Counted from the stretch's first letter, positions 9,967 through 20,606 are shown. The stretch is DNA of 64,000 nt from a virus (IMGVR_UViG_2775506835_000007:1-64000); one strand, 5' to 3'. Numbers and translations are program-made. The notes: generated by a model from the sequence alone, not told the origin.

Positions 9967-10923
9967 TCACACCACCTTCAATTTTAGGGTCATAGTTTCT
10001 TTTAACAAGTCGGCCGTGTGTTCCTCGACGATGAAGAAGGAACTGACGCCGATCCGGCCAATCCCGATATATAGAGCACAGCCGGCACGGACAGACAGGT
10101 CTAAGATCGCCTTCACTTCAAAAGATTTCTTCGGTTGGTTGTATAGTTCCAGCATTTGACTGCCGCGCTCCTTGATCTGCGCTTCGTTCAGCTTTTCGTC
10201 GACTGCTTCGTAGTCTTGAAGGACGCCCCAAAACGTCATGTTGTTCGAGTCCTGGAAAATATAGACGTCTCGCTTTCCGGTGGACTTGTTGTCCTGGACC
10301 AGCTTGATCTTATTGTAAGTTTCGGAATCTATATCCGTTTCATAGGTGAACCCTGTCGCCAGGCTTCCGTCACCGACGAACAGGTCCAGCTTCGACTTCG
10401 CGACGTCTGTGACCCGCAAGGACCCGAATTCGTCCCACAGGACGAACATTTTCCCGGTATTAATCAGGGTGTGGTCCAGTGCCTTCAGAACAATATCAAA
10501 TAGGGTCTGGCCATCCTCAATCATAGATGGAATCGCATAGTCGGTGTTCTCCAGCACACCGCATTTCAGGCCAAAGTCGGCAGCAATCTGGGTCAGGATT
10601 TCGTCGGCGCGCTTGCCGTTGAAGACATAGGTTTCCTTGTTCTTCTTCAAATACCAGGTTTGGTCGTAGGCCGTGACCACAACCTGGTCCTTCTCATTTT
10701 GGCTGATCTTCACGACGTAACCATAGAAAAGTCCGTTGTTTCCGTCCTTCAGGGCGATAATGCCGCCATGGGACCAAACCACTTCAATGTTGGCGATCAC
10801 AGTCAGTTCCAGGGACGCGGGGGAACCGGACCGCTTCGTCGACCACTTTGCAGCGGCGCAAAGGGACGTAATATCGAAAGCGTCGCCGACCACATTATTC
10901 TGATAGAAAATTGAAATGCTCAT
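9967..10923 (-). CDS. Baseplate hub, XkdQ/YqbQ-like
   Basis: AYDQTWYLK, DEFGSL, TYNKIKL, WGVLQ; between LysM and spike genes. Confidence 0.85.
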   Translation of the reverse strand: MSISIFYQNNVVGDAFDITSLCAAAKWSTKRSGSPASLELTVIANIEVVWSHGGIIALKDGNNGLFYGYVVKISQNEKDQVVVTAYDQTWYLKKNKETYVFNGKRADEILTQIAADFGLKCGVLENTDYAIPSMIEDGQTLFDIVLKALDHTLINTGKMFVLWDEFGSLRVTDVAKSKLDLFVGDGSLATGFTYETDIDSETYNKIKLVQDNKSTGKRDVYIFQDSNNMTFWGVLQDYEAVDEKLNEAQIKERGSQMLELYNQPKKSFEVKAILDLSVRAGCALYIGIGRIGVSSFFIVEEHTADLLKETMTLKLKVV

Positions 10924-11579
10924 GGGATCGTTAAGACCTGACCTGCATAGATCAGGTTCGGGTTGCTTCCGATTACTCCTTTATTAGCATTGTAAATCTT
11001 CGTGTAGTCACTCCCTTTGCCATAGAACATCTTCGCAATATTCCATAGGCAATCCCCAGACTTCACGGTATAAGTTTTTGAGGTAGTCGATTCTGGTTTT
11101 CCCGTGCGCGCCGGCTCCTGAGCCTGGGCCGGCTTCGCCGGGTCAGTCGGAAGAATAATTCGGCGGGGCGAACAGTCCTTCCACTCTGATAGCTTAATTG
11201 AATAGTAGAAGTCCCCCAGCTCGCCGGAACGTTCTTCATAGTCGAAAGTTTCCACGCCCATTCGAAAGTTTATATCCAAGTCCGTTCCGGTGATCAGGAA
11301 GCGGAGCGGATTTTCCTTGTCACGCGCCTTCTGGATTGCCTGAACAATCTTGACCGGGTCCGTGATCCGGCTGGTGACATAGGGCGCGTTGTTTGCAGGG
11401 AAGAAACTGTCCCAGGCAACAGTCCGAAGACCTTTCTTCCGAAGGATTAAGACTTCTCCCAGGTTTAGGACGGTTGTCGTTTCGTTCTTTCCAGGGGAAG
11501 TCACTCTCAGTTGCTCTGGAAGAACGGGAATCGCGATTTCCCTTTCCTCAACAATTAGGGATATTCCGTAGTTTTTCAT
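10920..11579 (-). CDS. Tail tube initiator with LysM domain (XkdP-like)
   Basis: C-terminal YTVKSGDCLWNIAK...NPNLIYAGQVLTIP. Confidence 0.9.
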   Translation of the reverse strand: MKNYGISLIVEEREIAIPVLPEQLRVTSPGKNETTTVLNLGEVLILRKKGLRTVAWDSFFPANNAPYVTSRITDPVKIVQAIQKARDKENPLRFLITGTDLDINFRMGVETFDYEERSGELGDFYYSIKLSEWKDCSPRRIILPTDPAKPAQAQEPARTGKPESTTSKTYTVKSGDCLWNIAKMFYGKGSDYTKIYNANKGVIGSNPNLIYAGQVLTIP

Positions 11580-13612
11580 TACGCATACACCCCTTCAGCA
11601 GCAATGACAAATTCATCTTCCAATTTGCTTTCAATCCGGGTAACGACTTCGTCGACGTCAATCTTTTCGCTGATTTTCGCATCTACGGAAACGGTTGGTG
11701 TCAATGTGACAAAATTTTGGACATAGCGCATTTCGGCCACGTCCCGAAGGAATTTCAAGTCTTCTTCAGCGATGTTGATGTCACTATCAACTGATCCGAC
11801 AGATCCAACACTGTCAACCGCACCGACATCGGTAACGCCAGCCCCAGCGGTGTCCCAGGCGGATGGTATTTTTTCCTCTGCGTCCTCTGCATTTTGTTCA
11901 GCCTTTTCGGCTTTCGCAGCCGCAATTTCTGCTTCACGCTGGGCCGTAGCTGCGCGCGCTTCGACCTTCATGGTGTTCAGGGCGGCGTCACGTTCGGCAA
12001 TCTGAGTGTCTATCTTCTTCTGATAAGCAGCCAGGTCGGATGCTCTTGCTTGTTTCGCGGCTTCGTTTTCAAGTTGCGCCGTCGTTCCAAAAGTGACCTG
12101 GTCAATGAGATCAATACTGACACCTGGAATTTTATTGAGGGTGGAAACAAATCCATTTATAATGCCGATCGCTCCGTTGACCATGTTTTGAAGGATCGTC
12201 AAGACGCCAGCCTTCATGTCACCCATGAAGTTTTGAATATTCACCCCAGCTGTGTAAAATGCCAGTTGCAGCCGGTTCCACAGGTCCATGACCCAGTAAA
12301 CGCCGGTGAAGAATCCGATCTTTACCCAGTCCCATGCGGTCAGTATCGCGTTGCAGACAATAAGCCAAGCGACTTTCAGACCGCCCACTGACTGAACCCA
12401 TTTGTAAATTGCTGCTACAACAACACCTATTGCCAAAGCAATCCAAAATAAAGGATTTGTTAATAGAGTCGCAAAAAATGATTTTGCAGCGCCATCTGCA
12501 ATCCATGTTGCAAGGGTCTGAATCCCGAGCGCCACCGCATAGCCAAGCACAGCTGCCGCTACTCCCCAGAAAATTGGAGCAATTGTGGTCCAATTCTCCT
12601 GTATATATTGACTTACTTCATTTGCTTTATCTACGATCCAAGCAAGAGCATTTACAATTGAGTCTAAAGCTAAACATAAATTACTGATGAAGTTTTCCAT
12701 AGAACCAGAGGAAATAAATTTGTCCACCGCATTCATTAGGTTCATCACGCTGTTAGATAATTTACCTCCGATGACCTCACCCATATCTCCGATTTTATTC
12801 TGTAGTTGTTGAATTTTACCTGCTGGTGTATTTGCAAAAGACTCTGCCAGACCTCCCCAGGACTGATTTATGACATCCGTGATCACGGCGACTTTCTCCA
12901 AATCTGTGCCGTTTTCTATAATCTCTTTTTGAGCATCTGAAAGCGAAAAACCTTTTTTCCTTAAACCTTCATAGGCCCCATCCAATGCTTTGCCTAATTG
13001 TGTCGCATACTCAACCATCTGTGCAGGGTCCGCGCTTATACCACCCATACCAGCGGCGTAATTCGCAAGCGTTCCCATCATAGATTCCAGTGCATCAGCG
13101 TCTTTCAAGTAAGTTCCCAGCTCCGCCGCACCAGCAATATAGGCTTCATCACCAAAAGTGGTCTTCCCTTGTAGTTCAGAAGCTTTACTTCTAATTCTGT
13201 CAAAATCATTTTCGTCCATGCCAGCACTCTTCATAACAACCGCCAGTTGAACCTCGGCAGTGTATTGTGTGCTGAACAGTTCCGTCGCCTGCTTTATGGC
13301 TCCAACAATTTTTGCTACTGAAAAGGCGGCAATTGCCTTCTTTATCACACCTTCAACCCGTGACCAGGCATCTTCAACGGCATTGGCTCCGTCTCCAGCT
13401 TCTCGTTGTTTGCTGATGAAGGACTGTAACTTCTTCTGGGCACGATCGATCAGGCCGGAACCTCTTTCAAAATTCTGGCCTGGATCCACGCTCCGCGTCG
13501 ACGCGTCAGCAGCCTGGGCCGCACGATCCATTTTCTTAAAGGCGGACGCGATTTTGTTCAGTTTGCTTGTCATTCTGTCCTGGATGGACATACTGGTCGA
13601 TACGCCGGCCAT
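11579..13612 (-). CDS. Tape measure protein
   Basis: Ala-rich helical 677 aa with hydrophobic middle; follows the tail assembly chaperone. Confidence 0.9.
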   Translation of the reverse strand: MAGVSTSMSIQDRMTSKLNKIASAFKKMDRAAQAADASTRSVDPGQNFERGSGLIDRAQKKLQSFISKQREAGDGANAVEDAWSRVEGVIKKAIAAFSVAKIVGAIKQATELFSTQYTAEVQLAVVMKSAGMDENDFDRIRSKASELQGKTTFGDEAYIAGAAELGTYLKDADALESMMGTLANYAAGMGGISADPAQMVEYATQLGKALDGAYEGLRKKGFSLSDAQKEIIENGTDLEKVAVITDVINQSWGGLAESFANTPAGKIQQLQNKIGDMGEVIGGKLSNSVMNLMNAVDKFISSGSMENFISNLCLALDSIVNALAWIVDKANEVSQYIQENWTTIAPIFWGVAAAVLGYAVALGIQTLATWIADGAAKSFFATLLTNPLFWIALAIGVVVAAIYKWVQSVGGLKVAWLIVCNAILTAWDWVKIGFFTGVYWVMDLWNRLQLAFYTAGVNIQNFMGDMKAGVLTILQNMVNGAIGIINGFVSTLNKIPGVSIDLIDQVTFGTTAQLENEAAKQARASDLAAYQKKIDTQIAERDAALNTMKVEARAATAQREAEIAAAKAEKAEQNAEDAEEKIPSAWDTAGAGVTDVGAVDSVGSVGSVDSDINIAEEDLKFLRDVAEMRYVQNFVTLTPTVSVDAKISEKIDVDEVVTRIESKLEDEFVIAAEGVYA

Positions 13613-13618
13613 TGGTCG

Positions 13619-14232
13619 TCACCGTCCTTTCTTTCCCTTCCGCTTCGCCTTCGCTGCTTCCTTCTTTTCCTTTTCGATTTGAAGGTCAATGGAAGCATAA
13701 ATAAAGGCCCGTTCCCGAAGAGGAAGGGCCATAAGTTGTCCGGGAAGGATTTTCAGCCGGTGGAGGGCGTAATGAGCATAGACCGATTCGCCGTCGGCTT
13801 CCGCATCATTTCCGCCCCCCGTGATCAGTTTTTTGCTTCATCCCTCGTTTCGTTGATGTCCTCCGTAAATCCGTTCACTTCCTGAACAGCCAGAAGAAGA
13901 TCAATGAACTGGCCTGGTTTCAGGAGAACGTCGATCAGGGCTTCCGCGCCACGGACACCGTACTTCGCCTGAAGATCAGCATCTTTCAGGTTCGGGTCCA
14001 CGCAACACGCCACAACAAGGCGGTTGTTGTAGAGGTCCTGATCTGTTTCGGTCTGCTTCTGGTGAGTCTTCTTCTCAAAAGTGGCCTTTTGACAGCTCTT
14101 TCGAATTGCCTTGTTCTCGCCCTCGGTGATCGACTTGATTGTAAAAGGGACGGGAAACTGGCTGATCTGAACTTCGGTCGTGACCTCACCGGCTTCCTCC
14201 TGGCTCATAAGAAATTCTTGTAATTTACCCAT
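13619..14232 (-). CDS. Tail assembly chaperone (XkdN-like, 13825..14232) with -1 frameshift extension to 13619
   Basis: Ends GCA AAA AAC TGA (slippery A AAA AAC); the -1 frame is open (KLITGGG...YAHYALHRLKILPGQL...RAFIYASIDLQIEKEKK) up to the TMP start. Confidence 0.85.
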
Positions 14233-14253
14233 TATCGTTTACCTCTCTTTCTA

Positions 14254-14712
14254 TTAGAACTTGGTGAAGGGCGTCAAAATATCGAAGTCTTCAAAGGTAA
14301 AATCGACATCTTCGTCCAACGGATCATCGCTGTCGCCGTCCAACTTTGCCAGAACAACAGAATCCAGGTTACAACCGATCAGAAGTGTTGATTGCTTCCC
14401 AGCCTGGGATTCCTGGTCGTCGTTCTCGATGACCAGATCAAAATAAATGTCGGCGCCGGTGTCTTTCCAGGACTTCACCATATTTCGGAAAAGAGGCGTC
14501 AGGTAATAGAGGGTCATAGATCCCGTTCCGTTGCCGCCGGTAGTCTTGTGGCCGGTCATACGCTTTCCGATCGCCTTTACCTCTGACTTCGATTTCTCAA
14601 CAGACGCTTCAATGGTCTTTACAAAGAACAGTTCTTCATTGTTGCCGTTTATCTTTGCGTAAGCGCGTCCCTCCTTGCCGGAGATGGTGTCAGGCGCATT
14701 CAGAGTTTTCAT
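14254..14712 (-). CDS. Tail tube protein (XkdM-like)
   Basis: TISGKEG, GTGSMT, LAKLDGD...DFTFEDF. Confidence 0.9.
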   Translation of the reverse strand: MKTLNAPDTISGKEGRAYAKINGNNEELFFVKTIEASVEKSKSEVKAIGKRMTGHKTTGGNGTGSMTLYYLTPLFRNMVKSWKDTGADIYFDLVIENDDQESQAGKQSTLLIGCNLDSVVLAKLDGDSDDPLDEDVDFTFEDFDILTPFTKF

Positions 14713-14731
14713 TTCTGTTCACCTCTTTCTG

Positions 14732-16066
14732 TCAGTTGACTGTCACGGTCATATACAACTTTTCCATGCTGTCATTCGGTTTCAGGGCGCAATCTACCGC
14801 GACGTCGCGTTTTCCGTTGCCCTGCTGGATGGTAATGTCCTCGGATTTAAAGTCGCTAATCGCATCAATGTCTTGATACTGTAATGCCAAACTGACCAAA
14901 TCGGCTTTGAAAAGCTGACGACCGGTGTCGCTGTTCGTGATAAGTCCGATATACGATTCACCAAAGATGCGGGCAACGTCGTTCGCCCAATTGTCCAAGA
15001 CACGGATCACGCGATTTGACGTCCAATCCTTGGATGCATTTTGGCTGAAAGTGGTCAGACTGTTAACGTCTGTCAGGACACGCGCTTTCCCGTAGTCTGC
15101 ATAAAAAACGAACTCGCCAGCCTGGATCGCCGCTTCGAACTGGGACTTCGTATATTTAATGTCCACATCCACGGCATCGTCATAGGCGGTATTCGTCAAG
15201 CTTTCATTGATTTCCGCACCGGCGGACGCGCCAGTCACCCAGGCTACGGCCTTATCTCCGGTAATGGTGGTTCCGTCAGTCAGGATTACGCCATTTTTGA
15301 TATTGATCAATCCCATGTGGTCGCCCTTATAGTCATACAGGACGCCAACGATCTTCTTTCCTTCATCGTCCCGAAGACGCTTAACAAATGCCGCATACAG
15401 GGACTTGATCGCTTCGTCTGTTCCAGGATAACCAATTACATTAAAGGTTTCGACTTCAAAACCGTTCAGAGCGGCCGTGTGGGCAGCTCCGTTGATGGTT
15501 CCGTTCGTTCCACCGGTCAGGGGCGTCGCGACGGCCGCATTCAGGGTGTCCACGCTCCCGAATGTGATGAAATCGTTTGCTTTTAAGCTGGCTGATCCGG
15601 ACGCCTTGTCAACGGTTTGGGAATCCACAGCCATTCCGTCAAGATATGTTACGACGTCGACCTTCGTCGCATCATCGGCATTCGTCAAAATCGCGATACT
15701 GATCGCGTTCCCGCGTGTTCCGCCCCAAACGGCCGTCACGGTCATTCCGCCGACTTCGGCGCTGGCCTTCGTGCCGCCGGAATTGACGCGATAGATCAGA
15801 AGAGTCCTTGTGCGTTTCATGGCTTCACGGACCAGAAGAAGGTCCGGCGCCGTGGGATCATAGCCAAAGACATTCATAGAAGTCTTGTTGAAATCCTCGG
15901 CATATATAGAAAAGACCTTGTTCTCAGGCCCCCAGTTCAATTCCAGGGGAAGAGCAGCGACGCCACGCGCGCCCATTTTAGCCACACTCCCAAGAGCAAC
16001 AAAATTGACATAGGCACCGGGTAGAATCTTGTTTTGTACGGTAAATGTTCCGCCGCCAATAGGCAT
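14732..16066 (-). CDS. Contractile tail sheath protein (XkdK-like)
   Basis: GGGTFTVQNKILPGAYVNF, LNWGPE, NRVIRVLD, DSMEKLYMTV. Confidence 0.93.
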   Translation of the reverse strand: MPIGGGTFTVQNKILPGAYVNFVALGSVAKMGARGVAALPLELNWGPENKVFSIYAEDFNKTSMNVFGYDPTAPDLLLVREAMKRTRTLLIYRVNSGGTKASAEVGGMTVTAVWGGTRGNAISIAILTNADDATKVDVVTYLDGMAVDSQTVDKASGSASLKANDFITFGSVDTLNAAVATPLTGGTNGTINGAAHTAALNGFEVETFNVIGYPGTDEAIKSLYAAFVKRLRDDEGKKIVGVLYDYKGDHMGLINIKNGVILTDGTTITGDKAVAWVTGASAGAEINESLTNTAYDDAVDVDIKYTKSQFEAAIQAGEFVFYADYGKARVLTDVNSLTTFSQNASKDWTSNRVIRVLDNWANDVARIFGESYIGLITNSDTGRQLFKADLVSLALQYQDIDAISDFKSEDITIQQGNGKRDVAVDCALKPNDSMEKLYMTVTVN

Positions 16067-16069
16067 GAT

Positions 16070-16276
16070 TTACACCTTCCTTTCCAGAAAATCAATGACC
16101 AGGCTTTCAGCCTGGTCCTTTGTATAGAGCTTCCCGTCTTCCAGTACAACCATAATGGCATCCTTGGGAAGGCCCAACGTTTTACTTTTGACCAGTTGGC
16201 TTTTCGTAAATGTCGGTTCCGGCGATTGGCACGCCCCGGCCGGCTTCTTCGCCGGCTGTTTCATTTCCTGTGTCAT
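16070..16276 (-). CDS. Small conserved phage protein upstream of sheath
   Basis: FTKSQLVKS...LEDGKLYT...FLERKV; in operon. Confidence 0.7.
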   Translation of the reverse strand: MTQEMKQPAKKPAGACQSPEPTFTKSQLVKSKTLGLPKDAIMVVLEDGKLYTKDQAESLVIDFLERKV

Positions 16277-16713
16277 TACTTCAAAACCTCCGATTGATTT
16301 AAAACTTCCATGAAGGGAACTTCCAACGGTGTCACAACAAAGAAAAAGTCCGCATCAAACATAAATTGAAAGACACGCGTGTTCGTATTCGGCCGGGCCT
16401 TTTGGTTTGTCAGACGGATTGTTCGCCTCTTGTCGCCAGTCTCCTTGACATCCAGGGTTTCAAAATGGTCATACATTTCTTCCGCCCAGTCGTTGAAGTC
16501 CATAGTGTCCTTCGATTTCAGGAAGTACAAAACTTCGATCTGGACGCTCCGTTTCCAGCGTCGGTCCAGGTGCTTTTCTTGTCCCGACTCAATGATCCCG
16601 ACGAAGAACTGGCCATTGGAGTCCTTTGGGATTTCTCCGACGTAGACCTTCCGGCCGGGCCAGATTCCGGACAGCTTCTTCGCGACGGATTCCAGGATAT
16701 TATTTAGCGTCAC
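16276..16713 (-). CDS. Tail terminator protein
   Basis: Position between gp10-like gene and sheath; overlapping stop/start. Confidence 0.7.
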   Translation of the reverse strand: MTLNNILESVAKKLSGIWPGRKVYVGEIPKDSNGQFFVGIIESGQEKHLDRRWKRSVQIEVLYFLKSKDTMDFNDWAEEMYDHFETLDVKETGDKRRTIRLTNQKARPNTNTRVFQFMFDADFFFVVTPLEVPFMEVLNQSEVLK

Positions 16714-17213
16714 GTCGTCGCCTTCTTTCCTTCCAGGCGTTCACGAATCAATCGGTTCATTTTCCGATTCAGACGGGCAACCTGGGTATCTTTGGTTCGC
16801 TTTACCGCACGTCGAAGGGTAAAATGGCCCCTCACATATCCGTTCTTCGGCCCAACAAACATTCCGCCTTCCGGATCGTTTGGAATATGGACAAAGACAT
16901 TCCCTTCCCAGTGTCCAGGAACAAAGTGACTTCGGAATCCATATTCAAGGGGTTTTGCATAGTCCAGGTTGTTGTAAACGCTGATTCTGTATGTCTGTCC
17001 TGTGCAAATAGCTCTTGTATCAGCATCAAAGTTTCGGCGATAGTCGCCAGTGTTGACAATATCAGGTGCGTCATTTTTGCAAATCAGTCGCGCCTGTTTC
17101 ACGGCGTATACCCCTTCACCCACGATCAGTTCATCCATAATTTCGGGAATGTCCTTTTTCAAGGTTTCCAGCTGTATCCCAAAGGCATCCATGCTACGTC
17201 TGTCAATGCTCAC
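16710..17213 (-). CDS. HK97 gp10-like tail completion protein
   Basis: VNTGDYRRNF, NNLDYAKPLEYG, YVRGHFTL. Confidence 0.8.
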   Translation of the reverse strand: MSIDRRSMDAFGIQLETLKKDIPEIMDELIVGEGVYAVKQARLICKNDAPDIVNTGDYRRNFDADTRAICTGQTYRISVYNNLDYAKPLEYGFRSHFVPGHWEGNVFVHIPNDPEGGMFVGPKNGYVRGHFTLRRAVKRTKDTQVARLNRKMNRLIRERLEGKKATT

Positions 17214-17596
17214 GCCAGATCACCGTCCTTTACTCTGATTTCCTGGTGTGTGGCATACATGGCCGGCCGGCCGACGACCTCGAACATCAGAAGAAGCTGA
17301 CTGGAAGGGTCATCGCGGCCAAACCGTTTCAGAATTACACTGTCGCCAGGAAGGACCAGAAGATCAGGCGCGGCGAAGATCACGGCGTCATATTCGACTT
17401 CGTTCTGTGCCTTCGTCTGATTGCTCTTGTCGCTTCCTGTGTACGACAGCGCGCAAATGATTTCACTGTATTTCACGACCAGGGCAGTCTTCGTGATGTT
17501 ATTCGCCCCGGTCACAGGTTCAGTTCTGGACACGCTGGCGGTGTCTTCGTAAGTCATTTCGATCGCCGCGCGCTCGGCGGTGGGGTTTCCAACCAT
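17210..17596 (-). CDS. Head closure protein
   Basis: IEMTYED, ICALS, YATHQEI; neck position. Confidence 0.72.
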   Translation of the reverse strand: MVGNPTAERAAIEMTYEDTASVSRTEPVTGANNITKTALVVKYSEIICALSYTGSDKSNQTKAQNEVEYDAVIFAAPDLLVLPGDSVILKRFGRDDPSSQLLLMFEVVGRPAMYATHQEIRVKDGDLA

Positions 17597-17600
17597 ACGA

Positions 17601-18050
17601 TCACCACCTTAATTTTCGGAAGTTGTTCAGGACGGTTCGCCATCCGAAGAAGTCCTGGCCGTCTGCGCCTAAGTTGAAGGTTGACGCCGATCCGGAAGCA
17701 CCGGAAGCATTGGCAAAGGATGTCTGGACATCCCCGCGCTTTATAGACGAGACTGGGCCGACGGCCGCCTGGGTGGTCCCCAGGCCGGCGGCCTTGTAAT
17801 AGCTGACGCACATGACGACCAGGACCTTTTCAAGCGGCGCCGGAAGCGTGTCCTGGTTGATATAGGCCAGGACCATTTCTTCGGTCGTCTGGACCACGAA
17901 CAGAAGAAGGTCATCTTGGTCCGTCCCAGTGATCCCTAGAAGAGCCTTGACCTTCGACAAGCGGTCGTTCTGCGCCATAAGCACACAAAGGACTTCCGCG
18001 CGTTCAAGGTCTGTCAGGCCGTCCAGAGCAGAAAGAATCTGATCAAGCAC
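17601..18050 (-). CDS. Head-tail connector (SPP1 gp15-like)
   Basis: LSKVKALLGI...D.LL, SIKRGDVQTSF, LNNFRKLRW. Confidence 0.8.
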   Translation of the reverse strand: MLDQILSALDGLTDLERAEVLCVLMAQNDRLSKVKALLGITGTDQDDLLLFVVQTTEEMVLAYINQDTLPAPLEKVLVVMCVSYYKAAGLGTTQAAVGPVSSIKRGDVQTSFANASGASGSASTFNLGADGQDFFGWRTVLNNFRKLRW

Positions 18051-18079
18051 GTTTCCACCACCTTTCAGTGACCTTCAAA

Positions 18080-18331
18080 TTACTCGGTGGCTTTGTCCTG
18101 GATCAGCTTGACAATATCGGCCTTTGTGGCGCCGTCAGGAACCGCGATAGCGGCTTCCTGGGCAACTTTCAGAAGGTCGTCCTTGTTCAGCTTCGCAAGG
18201 GACTTTTCACCGCCTTGGGCGCCGTCAGGACCGTCACAGGGGGCGAAGTCGTCGCTTTTACAAAGCTGCTCTAGGACTATTTCGCTTCGGGGTTCCAGGA
18301 TCACACCGGTTTGTTTATTCTTGAACTTCAT
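18080..18331 (-). CDS. Small protein with HeH/Rho-N-like C-terminal motif
   Basis: LNKDDLLKVAQEAAIAVPDGATKADIVKLI, directly after the capsid gene. Confidence 0.65.
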   Translation of the reverse strand: MKFKNKQTGVILEPRSEIVLEQLCKSDDFAPCDGPDGAQGGEKSLAKLNKDDLLKVAQEAAIAVPDGATKADIVKLIQDKATE

Positions 18332-18344
18332 GCCGGCCCCTCCT

Positions 18345-19193
18345 TTACGCACTGGGGTTGGAGTAAGTAAACACCAGGTCGGGGGTCAGGACCTTCGTCC
18401 CGTAGTCGTAGAACATAGAAATTCCATAGTCGTTCGACAGGGGAATCTTCTCCGGGTCCTTGTAGGGATAAATGACTGCAGGTTGTGCGATCGCGCCTTC
18501 AATCATAATGATCGCTTTCGCGTCCGTGGGAAGAAAGACGCTGGAATAGACGCGGACGCCGTGGAAGGTGGTGAAATCCTCGGCGGCGGTGTCCACGTTC
18601 GCGTTATGGACGGTCTTGTCCAGGTAGTCCCGCATATTCCCATAGAAGTTCGGGGACAGGATCAGGCGCATAATATTACGGGGAACGCCGCGAACATAGT
18701 CGTTCTTCACGGTTTCAAGGCTCTGGATCAGGGCTTCGGTGATCTTTCCGGCATCGGTTTCGGACGTGGTGAAGGCAGTCCCTTCGGTGAAGCCGGCCTG
18801 GAAGAAGGCAGTATCGAACTCAGCGGCCACGGTATCGACGTGATTGTCGGCGCGCCGGGCCATGATGTTTCCGACGCCGAAGGTATCCAGGTCAAACTTC
18901 GCAGCTTCCTCCACGATCTCGCGGTGGGTGTTCAGATTCACGGTAGTCGGAGGAACGGTCAGGGCGGTTCCCTTGCCGGCGGCTCTGGCGGTCCCGTACT
19001 CCTGGGACGCGCTATTCTTGAAGCGCCGATATTCGACGGAACCGCTGGCGGGGTTTCCGGTGTAGGATTGAGACTTCAGACCAGAAGACAGGGTTTCCTT
19101 TTGAATGTTTTGAATTACCAATCCGGACAGTTCGGACAGCTCGACCTTCGTCGAACCGGACTGGATCAGGCTAATAGCTTTCGTTCTTGCCAT
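18345..19193 (-). CDS. Major capsid protein
   Basis: 282 aa after scaffold; C-terminal YDYGTKVLTPDLV. Confidence 0.85.
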   Translation of the reverse strand: MARTKAISLIQSGSTKVELSELSGLVIQNIQKETLSSGLKSQSYTGNPASGSVEYRRFKNSASQEYGTARAAGKGTALTVPPTTVNLNTHREIVEEAAKFDLDTFGVGNIMARRADNHVDTVAAEFDTAFFQAGFTEGTAFTTSETDAGKITEALIQSLETVKNDYVRGVPRNIMRLILSPNFYGNMRDYLDKTVHNANVDTAAEDFTTFHGVRVYSSVFLPTDAKAIIMIEGAIAQPAVIYPYKDPEKIPLSNDYGISMFYDYGTKVLTPDLVFTYSNPSA

Positions 19194-19229
19194 TGAATAT
19201 CATTCCTTTCAGTGTATTGTGTGTAAGTG

Positions 19230-19823
19230 TTAGATCACGACAGGGCCGTCGACCTGTGCGACCGGTTCCTGTTTTGTGCCAGGGTCAGCGGGTTTCGCTC
19301 CCTTAATGTCGGGGGTCTTTCCCGGCTCCTGAGATTTGAACAGGTATGGCTTCGATTCCCGATAAGGTTTTAGAAGACCATCCAAGTTGGTTTTCAGGAT
19401 GCCAGCTTCGTCAACTTCAATCTTGTCAATGTCCAGAAGAGAAATAATGTCAGCCGGATCGTGAGTCTTGTCAGCCAAGGCCATTCGAAGGGCTGTGTTC
19501 TTCTGGATTTTCGCGATCTCTTTCTGGTGGGTAGTCCGAAGGGTATCGATCGTTTCCTGGGCCGTCTTGACGTCGTCCGCGATCTTTGTGGGATCGCCAG
19601 ATCCCCCGATTGCCTTTAATGCTTCAGCGGCCGCTTTCAGCGCATTTTCAGCGCTTGTTTTGCCGCTGTTGACACCGTTAAACTTATCGGCCGGGACAAA
19701 AGTTCCGTCGTTCCCGACGACCAAATCCACATCTTTCCCGTCTTTGCCCTTGCCTTTCAAGGCTGTTTCGACTTGGCTTGCCAGGTCTTCCCCCAGAATG
19801 GTTTTAATGCTCTCTGTGATCAT
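19230..19823 (-). CDS. Capsid scaffolding protein
   Basis: FVPADKF, coiled coil, ESKPYLF motif; upstream of the capsid gene. Confidence 0.82.
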   Translation of the reverse strand: MITESIKTILGEDLASQVETALKGKGKDGKDVDLVVGNDGTFVPADKFNGVNSGKTSAENALKAAAEALKAIGGSGDPTKIADDVKTAQETIDTLRTTHQKEIAKIQKNTALRMALADKTHDPADIISLLDIDKIEVDEAGILKTNLDGLLKPYRESKPYLFKSQEPGKTPDIKGAKPADPGTKQEPVAQVDGPVVI

Positions 19824-19974
19824 GGTGACTCCTTTCTTCCGCTGTCTTTATCGTGACTTCCACACGCTTTGCGGTCCCACCTGTGCGCCGGGCAGGTGCG
19901 GCTAATTTAACAAGATAAAGATATAAAAAAGCAGCCTCCCTTACGGTAAGCTGCTTTCGTTTATAACATTTAAT

Positions 19975-20505
19975 TTAGAGTGTGATACTTCCGTCCTGGT
20001 TTGTTGCAACATAGTGATTTAAATAGGTATTGACCATAGATGATTTTGTAGCTGCGGCGGATATCTTTCCAGCTTCTTTCGCAAATTTAATATTTGTTAA
20101 ATCCCGACTATTCCACCCTGTTTCAAGAACAAAGCTCCTCAATTCATCTGGGGAGTTCTCAGATAAATAAGTAATGACAAATAGCCCTACTGTTGTTTTT
20201 TTCTTTTTATTGCCAATACCACTCATTCCACCCAGCACCATACCAGCTGGCCCAAATAGCAACCCTCCCGCGAGGCCACGACCGATAACATTTTTATCCT
20301 TTTCTATAAATTCTTGTTCACTTACAAATCCACACTCCACAATATTCATCAGAGGAATTCTATAACTTTGAATAACTTTATTTTTTCCGATAGCTTTCAG
20401 TTCAATCTGGCTGAGAATAAGATCGCACGAGTCTATTTCTAACTCGAACAACTCTTTACTTGGCCGCGTGGGAAGACCACTACGGTAAATCATGATTGCC
20501 TTCAT
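19975..20505 (-). CDS. Moron: PH-like protein with glycine zipper
   Basis: GRGLAGGLLFGPAGMVLGGMSG; AT-rich; AGGAGG RBS; followed by a terminator hairpin near 19928-19957. Confidence 0.7.
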   Translation of the reverse strand: MKAIMIYRSGLPTRPSKELFELEIDSCDLILSQIELKAIGKNKVIQSYRIPLMNIVECGFVSEQEFIEKDKNVIGRGLAGGLLFGPAGMVLGGMSGIGNKKKKTTVGLFVITYLSENSPDELRSFVLETGWNSRDLTNIKFAKEAGKISAAATKSSMVNTYLNHYVATNQDGSITL

Positions 20506-20606
20506 AAAAGCTCCTCCTATTTTCCAGATTATAACCTATAAAAATAGTTTAGCGACGTTGATTTCATTACAATAAAGCTATAAATTATACATTTGTACCA
20601 TATTTT

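Noticed and set aside
13619-13840. -1 frameshifts in tail chaperone genes (also 53384-53540) as a novelty
   Set aside because: Real but well known (lambda G/GT type); listed as features only
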